A DNA stretch of 64,000 nucleotides from an uncultured Spirochaetota bacterium (GTDB lineage: Bacteria; Spirochaetota; Spirochaetia; SZUA-6; Fen-1364), in assembly GCA_963734545.1 (NCBI GenBank), contig CAVTHO010000009.1:64001-128000 (forward strand), read 5' to 3'. Positions within the stretch are counted from its first letter, which is position 1. Each line of letters starts with the position of its first letter. Shown here piece after piece: positions 1 through 9,285 of the stretch. The translations under genes were made by a program, and so were the position numbers. The notes under the pieces were generated by a model. That model made no database searches. It worked only from the letters and a program-made list of their open reading frames with translations, and was not told the origin of the DNA.

Positions 1-945
1 GCACGGTCGTGTAGGCGGCGAGCTGTTCCTCTTCCGATGGGAACCGATTGGGCTGGATGAAAAGGAACTCCGAGCGGAACAGCCCGATGCCGTCCGCCCC
101 GTGGGTCAGCACGGCCTCCGCTTCCTCGGGGATCTCGATGTTCGCTTCGATGGAAAGGCGCTTGCCGTCGACGGTCTCCGCGGGCAGATCCCTCTGTTCC
201 TTGAGGAGGATGTATTTCTGCTCCCACACGCGCCTGCGCTCATCGTAGCGGTCCCGCGTGGCCTCGTCCGGGTTGACGATGACGGTGCCCCGGTTGCCGT
301 CCACGATGATCTCGTCCCCGTGTGCACATTGCGGCTGATATCGGAGAGACCGAGCACCGCGGGAATTTCGCTGGCCCGCGCAAGGATGGCGGTGTGGGAG
401 GTCTTGCCGCCGGCGTCCGCCGCGATTCCCAGCACGAGCTTCCTGTCCAGGCTGAGGGTGTCGGACGGCATGAGGTTGCGCGTCACGAGGATGGCCGGCT
501 CACGCATGTCGGAGAGCCGCGCCCGCTCGTGGTACAGCAGACGGGCCAGGATCCTGTTGCCTGCATCATTCAGATCGATGGAGCGCTCGCGCAGGTACTG
601 GCTGTCGGCTGCCGCGAGCTTGCCCGCCATTTCCTCCACGATCTGCAGGACGGCCCATTCCACGTTCCTCCCGTTTTCTTCCAGGGAGCAGCGGACCCTC
701 TTCTTCAGCTCGGGGTCGTCGAACATCAGGAGCTGCGCTTCGAAGAGCGCCGCGTCGCGGCCGGATACAAGGCCTTTCACCTCGGCGGACGCCTTCTCCA
801 GCGCGGCGAGAAACCTCCCGTACTCGAAGTCGACCTGCGAGGGGGCGATATCGTAGCGGGGAACGGAAACCTTGTCTTCCAGGAACAGGAAGGCTTTCCC
901 CCGCGCGATGCCGGGAGAAGCGCTGATTCCCGTGAACTCCATCAT
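1..945 (-). CDS. ptsI: PEP-protein phosphotransferase (PTS enzyme I), 5' part; runs off the window; apparent 1-nt indel near 317
   Basis: N-terminus MEFTGISASPGIARGKA, YLRERSIDL and the active-site GGKTSHTAILAR. The frame resumes as DEIIVDGNRGTVIVNP...GIGLFRSEF after a C-run at 316-319. Confidence 0.93.
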
Positions 946-954
946 GCGGCCATG

Positions 955-983
955 AGTATAGCGGTATTCAATGGGGCTGTCAA
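955..983 (-). promoter_or_regulatory. sigma70-type promoter for ptsI
   Basis: Minus strand TTGACA-N17-TATACT, near-perfect consensus. Confidence 0.8.
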
Positions 984-1007
984 ATTGACCGATCATATGA
1001 ACGAGAG

Positions 1008-1757
1008 ATGGCAAGAAAAAAGGGCTCCCGCGCAAAAGCCGCGCGTCATCGCGGCATCGGATTCCTCTTCTGGCTGTGCCTCGCCGCCATCCTGGTCGTG
1101 GTCGGGTACGTGGCGCAGCCGTCCCTGCGCGCCGCATTCGCACGGCTGACCGGAAACGGCGCCCCCTCCACCCCGTCGCCCGCCCCCTCGGCTCCCCAGG
1201 TGACGATACGCCCGCTGGAAAGGGACCGTCCGCAGGGAACCGACATTCCATCTCCCGCGGCAGAGCCGGCAACGGCGCGCGATGCAGTGAGTGCCGCGGA
1301 AAAGCCGTCGACACCTCCCGCGCAGAAACCTTCCACGCGCAAGGCCCGCCTGTTTTTCGTCTCGGTGGACCCGAACGGCAGACTCTCGTCGAAAAGCGTG
1401 ATCCGTTCCGTGCAGGCGAGCGATTCGCCGCTGCGGGACACGCTGGAAACGCTCCTCAAGGGCCCCACCTCGCCGGAGCTCAACAGCGGACTGCTGACGA
1501 TGATTCCCCTTGAAGCCAGGCTTCTGGGCGTGACTGTCCGCGAGGACACGGCCTACATCGACTTCAGCGAGAGCTTTCGGTTCAACACGCAGGGTACCGA
1601 GGCGCTGGACGCCCAGGTCAAACAGGTGGTGTACGCCGCCACGGAGTTCCCGAACGTGAAGAAGGTTCAAATCCTCATTGAAGGGAAAAAAGTGCGCTCG
1701 CTGGGAGCCGAGGGAACACGGATCGACTCGACACTCACGCGCGCGTCATTCCAGTAG
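1008..1757 (+). CDS. GerMN domain membrane-anchored protein
   Basis: N-terminal TM helix, Pro-rich linker, LETLLKGPT..E, AYIDFS and QVVYAATEFPNVKKVQILIEG typical of GerMN. Confidence 0.88.
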   Translation: MARKKGSRAKAARHRGIGFLFWLCLAAILVVVGYVAQPSLRAAFARLTGNGAPSTPSPAPSAPQVTIRPLERDRPQGTDIPSPAAEPATARDAVSAAEKPSTPPAQKPSTRKARLFFVSVDPNGRLSSKSVIRSVQASDSPLRDTLETLLKGPTSPELNSGLLTMIPLEARLLGVTVREDTAYIDFSESFRFNTQGTEALDAQVKQVVYAATEFPNVKKVQILIEGKKVRSLGAEGTRIDSTLTRASFQ

Positions 1758-2640
1758 AAGCTTTCGCACGATCGAGTCCCTCCCGGCCGCATCCTGGCCT
1801 CCGCCGAGACGAAGAAGAAAGAGAAACTCCCTGTTGCCTTTTCTGCCGCGAAGGGGGGACTCCATCGCGTCCTCCACTCCCACACCTTCGTCCGACAGCC
1901 CTGCAATGAGATCCGTGAGAATATCGCGAAGCGCGCCCTTTCCCTGCACGACCCCCCTGAAGTCCCGGGGCGGGCGCCTGTATTCGAACTGCGGCTTGAC
2001 CAGGAAAATTCCGCGTCTCGCCGCGGTGAGCCCCAATATATGCGCTGCTGCCTGGCGGATCGAGCGGAAAGACAGATCTGCCGCCGCGCTGTCGGGAACA
2101 GGATCAAGGTCAAGAGCCCGCACCGTCATGACGTTCGTGGATTCCATCACGCGCACTCTCAGGTCGGCGCGCAGCCGCCAGTCGAGCTGGTTTTCTCCGA
2201 CATCGATTGCGTACACCAGGGATGCGCCGCGGCGCAGCAGGCAATCGGTGAATCCGCCTGTGGAGCTGCCCGGCATCGATCCAGGTCGTTCCCGCGCAGG
2301 CGATTGCCCACAGGTCGAGGCCCGCCGCGAGCTTCTCCCCGCCGCGGGACACGTAGGGCGGCTTCTCGCGGACGCTGATCGCCGCGTCGGCGTGGACAAG
2401 AGTTCCCGGTTTCACGACCTTCTCTCCCCCCACCAGGACTTCCCCGCGGAGGATCTCCGCGAAAAGCTCCTTCTCGTCACGCGACGGGTAGATGGTCTTG
2501 AGCAGGTCGATGAGGCGGACCCTTCGGCGCGGTCCTCCGTGCATTTCTTCTCGGCGCGGTCCTCCGTGCATTTCTTCTCGGCGCGGTACCCCGCGCATTT
2601 CTTCTCGGCGCGGTACGGCGTGCTCGTTGCGCGGTCTCAC
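1746..2640 (-). CDS. tlyA: TlyA family rRNA (cytidine-2'-O)-methyltransferase; indel near 2270; start uncertain (GTG 2640 or ATG 2598/2571/2544)
   Basis: S4-like RLIDLL, YVSRGGEKL, GSSTGGFTDCLL, DLSFRS, LVKPQFE and SPLRGRKGNREF, split across two frames. Confidence 0.9.
2524..2631. repeat. 4 x 27-bp tandem array of hairpin module D
   Basis: Units tcggcgcggt(c/a)c(t/c)ccg(t/c)gcatttcttc at 2524, 2551, 2578 and a degenerate one at 2605. Confidence 0.95.
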
Positions 2641-2641
2641 G

Positions 2642-3451
2642 TCACACCGAGGACATTTGACGCACCCTCTCGATGCGCACCGCCTTGCCGCTCGCGGCAT
2701 CGATCTCGATCAGCACGCCCTGGATCTCCCCGATGGAGTTCTGCACTTCCATCTTGAGAGGCATCTGGGTGAGGCTGCGCGCGATGGCGGTTTCCTTTTT
2801 CATGCCGATAACACTGTCGACGGGACCCGTCATGCCGATGTCGGTGATGTACGCCGTCCCGCCGGAGAGGATCCGCTCATCCGCGGTCTGCACGTGCGTG
2901 TGGGTTCCGATGACCGCGGAGACTTCGCCGTTGAGGAACAGACCGAGGGCCTCTTTCTCCTCCACTGCTTCCGCGTGGAAATCGACGATCACCGCGTTCA
3001 CTTTGCTGCGGAACTGCTTCAGCAGAGCCTTGCCCACGTGCAGGGGATCCCGCAGAGGAGACAGGTTGACCCGTCCTTCGAGATTGATCACGAGGACGGC
3101 AGCGTCCCGCACGTTCACGATGCAGTGACCCTTGCCGGGAATTGCCCCGGCGCCCTGGATGATCGGATAGTTCTCGGGCCGCAGCAGCGTGTCGTTCGTG
3201 GACAGGAGCGGGAGGATCTCCCGCTTCTGCCAGATGTGGTTTCCCGATGTGATGACGTGCACGCCTGACTTGAACATGCGCTCGGCGATTTCCGGCGTCA
3301 GGCCGAAGCCGTCAGCGGCATTTTCCCCGTTGGCAATGACGAGGTCCGCCCCTACGCGGCGTATCATGTCCGGCAGCCCGATGAAAAGGGCCCTGCATCC
3401 CGGCTGTCCCACGACATCACCCAGGATGAGGGCCTTGATGGCGCGCGTCAC
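2642..3451 (-). CDS. ymdB: TIGR00282/YmdB family metallophosphoesterase
   Basis: GDVVG, ANGENAA, TSGNHIW, DFHAEA, GTHTHVQTADERIL and TDIGMTGP motifs; directly downstream of rny. Confidence 0.93.
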   Translation of the reverse strand: MTRAIKALILGDVVGQPGCRALFIGLPDMIRRVGADLVIANGENAADGFGLTPEIAERMFKSGVHVITSGNHIWQKREILPLLSTNDTLLRPENYPIIQGAGAIPGKGHCIVNVRDAAVLVINLEGRVNLSPLRDPLHVGKALLKQFRSKVNAVIVDFHAEAVEEKEALGLFLNGEVSAVIGTHTHVQTADERILSGGTAYITDIGMTGPVDSVIGMKKETAIARSLTQMPLKMEVQNSIGEIQGVLIEIDAASGKAVRIERVRQMSSV

Positions 3452-3484
3452 TTTGCGCGCGCCCTAGCCCGCACCGCCCGAAGG

Positions 3485-3601
3485 GCGTAGCCAGGGATGG
3501 CGAGGTCGGCCGAGGCCATGGATGGCCGAAAGGCCGACGCGGTATCCGTAGGGCGGCAGGCGCGCAGGGCGCGCAACTCCGCAAGGAGCGGAAGGGAGCC
3601 C
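3485..3601 (+). repeat. Composite REP-like element (modules B+C)
   Basis: GTAGCCAGGGATGGCGAG...AGGGCGGCAG...GGGAGCCC. The same module order occurs inverted at 62920-63020. Confidence 0.75.
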
Positions 3602-3648
3602 ACGCGCCGGGCCTAAATGTCTCTTGCGTGCCATCGCCCTACACGATC

Positions 3649-5175
3649 CTAGCGAGCGTACTCGACGACGCGCATTTCCCGGATTATCGTGACCTTGATC
3701 CTGCCCGGGTACTTCAGCTCGCTCTCGATGCGCTTGGCGATATTCTTCGCGAGCTCCTTGGCCGCGTCGTCGCTTATCTTCTCGTTGTTCACGAGGATGC
3801 GCAGCTCGCGACCGGCCTGTATGGCGTACGCCTTGTCCACTCCCTCGAAGTCTTCCGCAATGGACTCGAGATTCTCGAGCCGCTTGAGATAGTTGTCCAG
3901 GGTCTCCTTGCGCGCGCCGGGCCGTGAGGCGGAGACGGCGTCCGCGATCTGCACGATCACCGCTTCGACGCTCTCCGGCTCCACGTCCCCGTGGTGCGCC
4001 CCGATGGCGTTGAGGACCCGTGGATCTTCCCCGAGCCGCCGCGCGAGATCCATGCCGACCTCGATGTGGTTTCCGTCGCCGTTGGCTTCGACACCCTTGC
4101 CGATATCGTGCAGGAGGGCTGCGCGCTTGGCCAGCTCGACGTTGGCGCCCACCTCGGAGGCAATCATCCCGGCGATGAGAGCGACCTCCTTGGAATGGGC
4201 CAGCACGTTCTGTCCGTAGCTCGTGCGGAAATGAAGGCGTCCCAGCGTGCGGATCGCTTCCGCGCTCATCGTGTGAATTCCCACTTCGAAGAGGACGCGC
4301 TCACCTTCTTCGTAGATGGTCTGGGTGATCTCCTTGGTGACTTTCTGGACGATCTCCTCGATCCGCGCGGGGTGGATCCTCCCGTCCGATATCAGCCGGC
4401 TGAGCGCCGTCTTGGCGATCTCCCGCCGTATGGGGTCGAAGCACGAGATGACGACCGCCTCCGGAGTATCGTCGATGATGATGTCGACTCCCGTCAGCGT
4501 TTCGAGGGTCCTGATGTTGCGCCCCTCGCGGCCGATGATGCGGCCTTTCATCTCGTCATTGGGAAGGCTCACCGTCGTCACCGTCACCTCGGAGGCAACG
4601 TCCGTTGCCAGTCTCTGGATCGTGGTGATGAGGATGTCGCGGGCTTTCTTGTCCGCCGCGAGCCTCGCTTCCTGCTCGATGAGATTGATCGTGACCTGCG
4701 CGTCGTGCCGCGCCTCGTTCTCCAGACTTTGCACGAGAAGCTTCTTTGCTTCCGCCCTGCTGAGACCGGAGACCCTCTCTAGTTCCGCGGCGACCCGCTC
4801 ACCTTCAAGCTGTAGTGCCGCCTCCTTGTCAGCGGCTGACCTCTCCCGGTTGCTGACCGTTCTCTCTTGCTTCTCAAGAGATTCTACGCGCTTTTCTAGG
4901 TTTTCTTCCTTCTGAAGGAGACGCCTTTCAACGCGCTGGAGCTCGATCCGGCGCTCCCGCGTCTCCTTTTCCAGCTGGTTGCGCTCCCGCAACAACTGGT
5001 CCTTGCTTTCAAGTATCGCCTCTTTCTTCTTAGCTTCCGCCTCTCTCAGCGCCTCGCCGACGATACGCGAGGCCTTTTGCTCGGACGATGAAAGCTGAAA
5101 TCGTGCGTAAAACCATCGAATTAGCCAACCTAGAAATACACCGGCGAGAGGAAGAATGAAGTACAGAATTACCAT
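3649..5175 (-). CDS. rny: Ribonuclease Y
   Basis: N-terminal TM, coiled coil, KH motif MKGRIIGREGRNIR, HD motif LLHDIGK, SRPGAR. GGAGG SD precedes ATG 5175. Confidence 0.97.
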   Translation of the reverse strand: MVILYFILPLAGVFLGWLIRWFYARFQLSSSEQKASRIVGEALREAEAKKKEAILESKDQLLRERNQLEKETRERRIELQRVERRLLQKEENLEKRVESLEKQERTVSNRERSAADKEAALQLEGERVAAELERVSGLSRAEAKKLLVQSLENEARHDAQVTINLIEQEARLAADKKARDILITTIQRLATDVASEVTVTTVSLPNDEMKGRIIGREGRNIRTLETLTGVDIIIDDTPEAVVISCFDPIRREIAKTALSRLISDGRIHPARIEEIVQKVTKEITQTIYEEGERVLFEVGIHTMSAEAIRTLGRLHFRTSYGQNVLAHSKEVALIAGMIASEVGANVELAKRAALLHDIGKGVEANGDGNHIEVGMDLARRLGEDPRVLNAIGAHHGDVEPESVEAVIVQIADAVSASRPGARKETLDNYLKRLENLESIAEDFEGVDKAYAIQAGRELRILVNNEKISDDAAKELAKNIAKRIESELKYPGRIKVTIIREMRVVEYAR

Positions 5176-5209
5176 TTCCTTCCTCCACCTGAACTGAATA
5201 TGCAAATAG

Positions 5210-5238
5210 AGATTAAATGAGAATCCTCCCTTTGTCAA
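5210..5238 (-). promoter_or_regulatory. sigma70-type promoter for rny
   Basis: Minus strand TTGACA-N17-TAATCT. Confidence 0.75.
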
Positions 5239-5279
5239 GGACGCCCTGTCGTCCGTCCCCGGACTGGGCGTCCCTCGAC

Positions 5280-5318
5280 ATCCGTAGGGCGGCAGGCGCG
5301 CATGCACGCCGGGAGCCC
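5280..5318 (+). repeat. Module C repeat
   Basis: 23 nt identical to 3544-3566, then GGGAGCCC. Confidence 0.75.
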
Positions 5319-5385
5319 CTGTCTATGGGGTAACGGTTTGCCGTTTTTTTTATTGCCCCTTTTATAGCACTATGAGCGTAACAAT

Positions 5386-8300
5386 TCAACGAACGACAAG
5401 CTTTGCCAGTATCTGGCTTATCACGATCTCGGTTTCGCCCGCAAACCCCAGCAAAAGGTATGCTTCCTGACCTCTGAAGTTTGCCGGGAAGAGCAGCACC
5501 CGCTTCATATATCTCAGGTCATCAGGGTCGATTTTTACCCTGAGGAATGCGACATCAGCCGAGTTCTTGTTCACAGCGAAATATTTCCTGGGCGCGAAAA
5601 GGGACTTGAACGCGGGCTCCCCGGCGCTGAAAGCCAGGGTCCGCACCGTTCTTTCGCTCATCCCGACCGTCAGATCCAGTGCGTAGGTCTGCACTTTCTT
5701 GATGAACAGACCTGCGCTGACTGCCGAAACCCGGCGTGATAATTCAACGAGCGTCTTCATCTGCGTGGTGTGGGTAAAGGAGCGGGGATAGGACGAGAGA
5801 AACTCGTCGTAGTCCAGCCCGTTCCGCTTCAACCGTATCGGGCTTGCGGTCTCCGCCTGCGCGGGAGGGGCCTCTTCGGCAGCCGCCTGATCCCGCAGAA
5901 AATCATCAGAGAGATCGAGGGTATCCTCGGCGCTGATCAGGTCTCCTATGCCGCTCAATCCCGATTCCGCCTCGGCGGGCTGTCCGCCGGAGACTTCACT
6001 CAGCTCTCCCTCCATCTCGTGCTTGACGACTTCCTCCACGATCTGGCGCAGCTTCTCGTCATCGCGATTCTCGCTCGGCTTGTTTCCCGCCGTGTACACT
6101 TCTTCCTTGATACGGAAGAGACCGTCCTCCATGACGATGGCCGACTTGCCCTCTTCCAGAAAGCGCTGAAGCTCCTCCACCGTCCAGATCTTGATCGCGC
6201 CGGAGGCAAGAAGAGCATCAAGGGCCTGCGGGGTGTCGGCTGCCGATGGAACGACCGCGACCTCCTCGACGCTCTCCACCGCTTCTTCTTCAACGCTCTC
6301 CAGCTCTTCGAAATCCACGACTTCTTCGAATGCCAGCTCCGCCGGTTCAACGGGCGTGGGTCTTCCCCGTTCGGGCTCCACCAGGTCCTCGGCCTCCACG
6401 AGCACTTCCGGCTGAATCAGCGGCTCGGGCGGGGGTGCTTCGATCCGCGCGCGCTCTTCGTATTCCTCCGGCTCCACCGTGCGCGATTCAAGGGCCTCGA
6501 TGCGGCCCGATGCCATCGATCCATGCCCATGCGAATCATCGTGCCGCTCTTCGTCGACGACGGGAAGCAGCTCGAGTCCCTCCTCGACGGGCTCCGGGGG
6601 GAGCGGACGGACTTCCGGCAGAGGCTCCAGCTCTTCCAGCAATTCGCCCGACGTGTCGATGGCCTCCGCTTCGAGCGCGAGTGCGAGATCAGAGAACATA
6701 TCGACCGCTTCGCCGGGAACTCGTATCTCGACAAAATCGGTAACGGCGCCGCCCTTCTTCCTGGCCTCGGGTTTCTGGGGAGCTGAAACCGCGGCGACCT
6801 CCGCCTCGTCCTCCATCGGCTCGAGTTCCGCCGGCTCCTCCTCCAGCCCCTCGGGAACTGCCTGCGGCGGGGACAGCCTGCCGGAAGCATCCGACGCAGC
6901 TCCGGTCACGCTCCGCGCTTCGGCCGCGACACCCTCCGGCTCGGGCAGCGCTTCAGCCGGCTCGGCGGGTTCAGCTTCCGCAGTTTCCGCATCTTCGACC
7001 GTCTCGACTTCTTCGATGGTCTCATACTCTTCGACCGCGGCTGCTTCTTCGACAGGCGCGGCTTCTTCGGCCTCTTCGACCGCGGCAGCTTCTTCGACCG
7101 TTTCAGCTTCCTCGACTGCCTCGGCCTCTTCGACTACCTCGGCTTCTTCGACCGTCTCAGCCTCATCAATTGTTTCGACTTCCTCGACTGCCTCGGCCTC
7201 TTCGACCACCTCGGCTTCATCAATTGTTTCGGCTTCCTGGACTTCCTCGATCTCTTCCACCGCTTCAGCTTCTTCGACTTCTTCGGCCGCCGCGGATTGG
7301 CTGACCGCCGCGGGCGCCGGTTTGGCCCGTCTGGCCCCGGGCTCCGCGCTTTCGCTGACTTCCTCCGCCCTGATCTCCTCGACCTGCAGGGCGCGAGCGG
7401 GGGACACTTTCTGTTCGGGCAGAATGAAGTTCGCATTCTTGAGGGCTGCCTGGATCAACGACTCGAGGCGCGAAATGTCGATTGCTCCCGCCGCAGCAGC
7501 GGCAGGAGCTTCGGCGCGCCGGGACACCAGGTCGAGGATTTCGGACCAGCTCTTGGAAAGGTACTCGTCGATTATCGGCTTCTGTTTCTTCGACACGCGG
7601 CCGATTCCGCGCTGGATCTGCCAGGTGATCTCGTCCTTGCGCGACTCCATCTCACCTCGCCATTTGTTCCAGTCCGCGCCCCCGGGGCTTTCCACGAGCT
7701 CGGTGATCAACTGGATCTGGAAGCGCTTCACGCGCTGGCGCAGCACGTCGAGTGGATCGGTCCTGAGATTGAATATCAGATACAGGAAAAGGAAAACAGT
7801 GAGAAAAAACGTCGCGAGCAGCAGACCCTTCATGAGGTCCGCCATCTCGAAAAGCGAGCTCGGTTCCACGAGGCCGGCCATCCCGCCCGCGGCCAGGCGC
7901 TGGGAGAAGACGCGATAGGCGGCCTGCGGCCCGCCCTGGCTCGAAAGGGTAAGCGGCGCGGTAAATGAGGATGATCCGGGATTGCTGTTCCAGATCGCAA
8001 CGAGGTCATCCTCCACCGCCTTCGAGCCGGCGGGGTCGAAATTGATGAGGACGCCGGCACTTCCGACGAGCGCGACCTTCTCCACAGGAACGCCGGGGGT
8101 AACCGTCAATTCGCTGAGAAGCTTCTGCTGGGAAACGTAGAAAAGAAGCGTGCCGAACTGAGGGGGAGAATTCGCCTTTGCCGGCGCCTGCGCCGGCAGC
8201 GCGTAGACGAACCAGCCGTGCGGTCCGTCGATCAGGACCTTCGGCTTCTGATCCGGCGCGGCCGGAAACGCCGTCACGGGAATCGAGGTGTTGTCCTCGT

Positions 8301-8715
8301 TGTAATTCCGGTAGGAGACGCCTCCGGTGAGCTGCTGCTTGACGTCCATGTCGAGGAAGCTGCTGTAGAGTATCCGCTTGGCGTCCGCGCCGAGCAGCCT
8401 GACGCCGAAGAACCCGATCTGGCTCTTGGCGTCCGCCCACGCCTTGAGCGTGGGATCCGACAGGCGCAGGTCGAACGAGGCGGCGATGAAGTCCTTCTTT
8501 GCCGCGTTGGAGAATATCTCGAGATTTGCCTGGTGAAACCGGTCTATGCGGGAAACGAGCCGATCGAGATTGTCCTGATAGACCTGCTCGATCCTCGGCA
8601 GGAAGAAGCTCGTCTGAAGGACGTCGAAAAGCCCTGAGAAGCCGAGCACGGCGAAGCCGGCGAAGAGGAGAAGCGACGCGAGGAGACTGATTGCAATCTT
8701 GAGGCTCTGTCGCAT
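5386..8715 (-). CDS. Large two-TM membrane protein with extracytoplasmic domain, Glu-rich disordered region and C-terminal globular domain; function unknown
   Basis: About 1100-aa ORF with two hydrophobic segments and an (A/V)EE-rich repeat region; codon usage like its neighbours. Confidence 0.8.
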   Translation of the reverse strand: MRQSLKIAISLLASLLLFAGFAVLGFSGLFDVLQTSFFLPRIEQVYQDNLDRLVSRIDRFHQANLEIFSNAAKKDFIAASFDLRLSDPTLKAWADAKSQIGFFGVRLLGADAKRILYSSFLDMDVKQQLTGGVSYRNYNEDNTSIPVTAFPAAPDQKPKVLIDGPHGWFVYALPAQAPAKANSPPQFGTLLFYVSQQKLLSELTVTPGVPVEKVALVGSAGVLINFDPAGSKAVEDDLVAIWNSNPGSSSFTAPLTLSSQGGPQAAYRVFSQRLAAGGMAGLVEPSSLFEMADLMKGLLLATFFLTVFLFLYLIFNLRTDPLDVLRQRVKRFQIQLITELVESPGGADWNKWRGEMESRKDEITWQIQRGIGRVSKKQKPIIDEYLSKSWSEILDLVSRRAEAPAAAAAGAIDISRLESLIQAALKNANFILPEQKVSPARALQVEEIRAEEVSESAEPGARRAKPAPAAVSQSAAAEEVEEAEAVEEIEEVQEAETIDEAEVVEEAEAVEEVETIDEAETVEEAEVVEEAEAVEEAETVEEAAAVEEAEEAAPVEEAAAVEEYETIEEVETVEDAETAEAEPAEPAEALPEPEGVAAEARSVTGAASDASGRLSPPQAVPEGLEEEPAELEPMEDEAEVAAVSAPQKPEARKKGGAVTDFVEIRVPGEAVDMFSDLALALEAEAIDTSGELLEELEPLPEVRPLPPEPVEEGLELLPVVDEERHDDSHGHGSMASGRIEALESRTVEPEEYEERARIEAPPPEPLIQPEVLVEAEDLVEPERGRPTPVEPAELAFEEVVDFEELESVEEEAVESVEEVAVVPSAADTPQALDALLASGAIKIWTVEELQRFLEEGKSAIVMEDGLFRIKEEVYTAGNKPSENRDDEKLRQIVEEVVKHEMEGELSEVSGGQPAEAESGLSGIGDLISAEDTLDLSDDFLRDQAAAEEAPPAQAETASPIRLKRNGLDYDEFLSSYPRSFTHTTQMKTLVELSRRVSAVSAGLFIKKVQTYALDLTVGMSERTVRTLAFSAGEPAFKSLFAPRKYFAVNKNSADVAFLRVKIDPDDLRYMKRVLLFPANFRGQEAYLLLGFAGETEIVISQILAKLVVR
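6990..7285 (-). repeat. Degenerate 18-bp coding tandem repeat (EAEAVE-like hexapeptide)
   Basis: AEAVEE/AETVEE/AEVVEE/AETIDE units repeat through this interval. Confidence 0.85.
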
Positions 8716-8839
8716 GAGAAAACGATGTACCTTCTCACCCAAATATCGGCGTGAAAGGCCCTGCGGCCGAGGCTATTTTCCACTGCCGGACAGGCCGCAG
8801 CTCACGCCCGGCACGGGTGCACGCCCCTGCGCTCAGCTC

Positions 8840-8867
8840 ACCCCCGGCGCGGGTTCACGCCGGGGGT
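8840..8867 (-). terminator. Hairpin after rplQ (putative terminator or mRNA stabiliser)
   Basis: Perfect 10-bp stem ACCCCCGGCG/CGCCGGGGGT 4 nt past the rplQ stop; no clear U-tract. Confidence 0.5.
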
Positions 8868-8871
8868 CGCG

Positions 8872-9285
8872 TCAGCCTTCCTTCGCGGCTTCCTGGGCTT
8901 CCTTCTTCTTCCGCTTGCGCTCCCTTTCCTTCCTGTCGAGAAGCTCGAGGATGACGATTTCGGAGGCGTCCCCGAATCGTCTCCCCATCTTCAGTATGCG
9001 GGTATATCCGCCCGGTCTCTGCGCATACCGGGGGGCGATTTCCGTGAAGAGCTTGTTGAGAATCCGGCCATCGTCGATCGATTTCGCGGCAATCCGTCTG
9101 TTGTGCACGGAATCGACCTTCGCGCGCGTGATGAGCTTTTCCGCCAGCCGGCGGGCGACCTTCGCCTTGGCAACGGTGGTGCGGATCCGCTCGTATCTGA
9201 ACAGGGCTTTCGCCTGGGCTTTCAGAAGGGCCTTGCGGTGGGCCGAAGTCCGGCCCAGCTTGTTGATGCTACTCCGATGATCCAT
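8872..9285 (-). CDS. rplQ: 50S ribosomal protein L17
   Basis: KLGRTSAHRKALL, ERIRTT and RPGGYTRILK. Confidence 0.97.
   Translation of the reverse strand: MDHRSSINKLGRTSAHRKALLKAQAKALFRYERIRTTVAKAKVARRLAEKLITRAKVDSVHNRRIAAKSIDDGRILNKLFTEIAPRYAQRPGGYTRILKMGRRFGDASEIVILELLDRKERERKRKKKEAQEAAKEG

Noticed and set aside
8743-8770. sigma28 (FliA) promoters suggested by GCCGATAT here and GCCGATAA at 52100
   Set aside because: No TAAA -35 element at the required spacing in either case.
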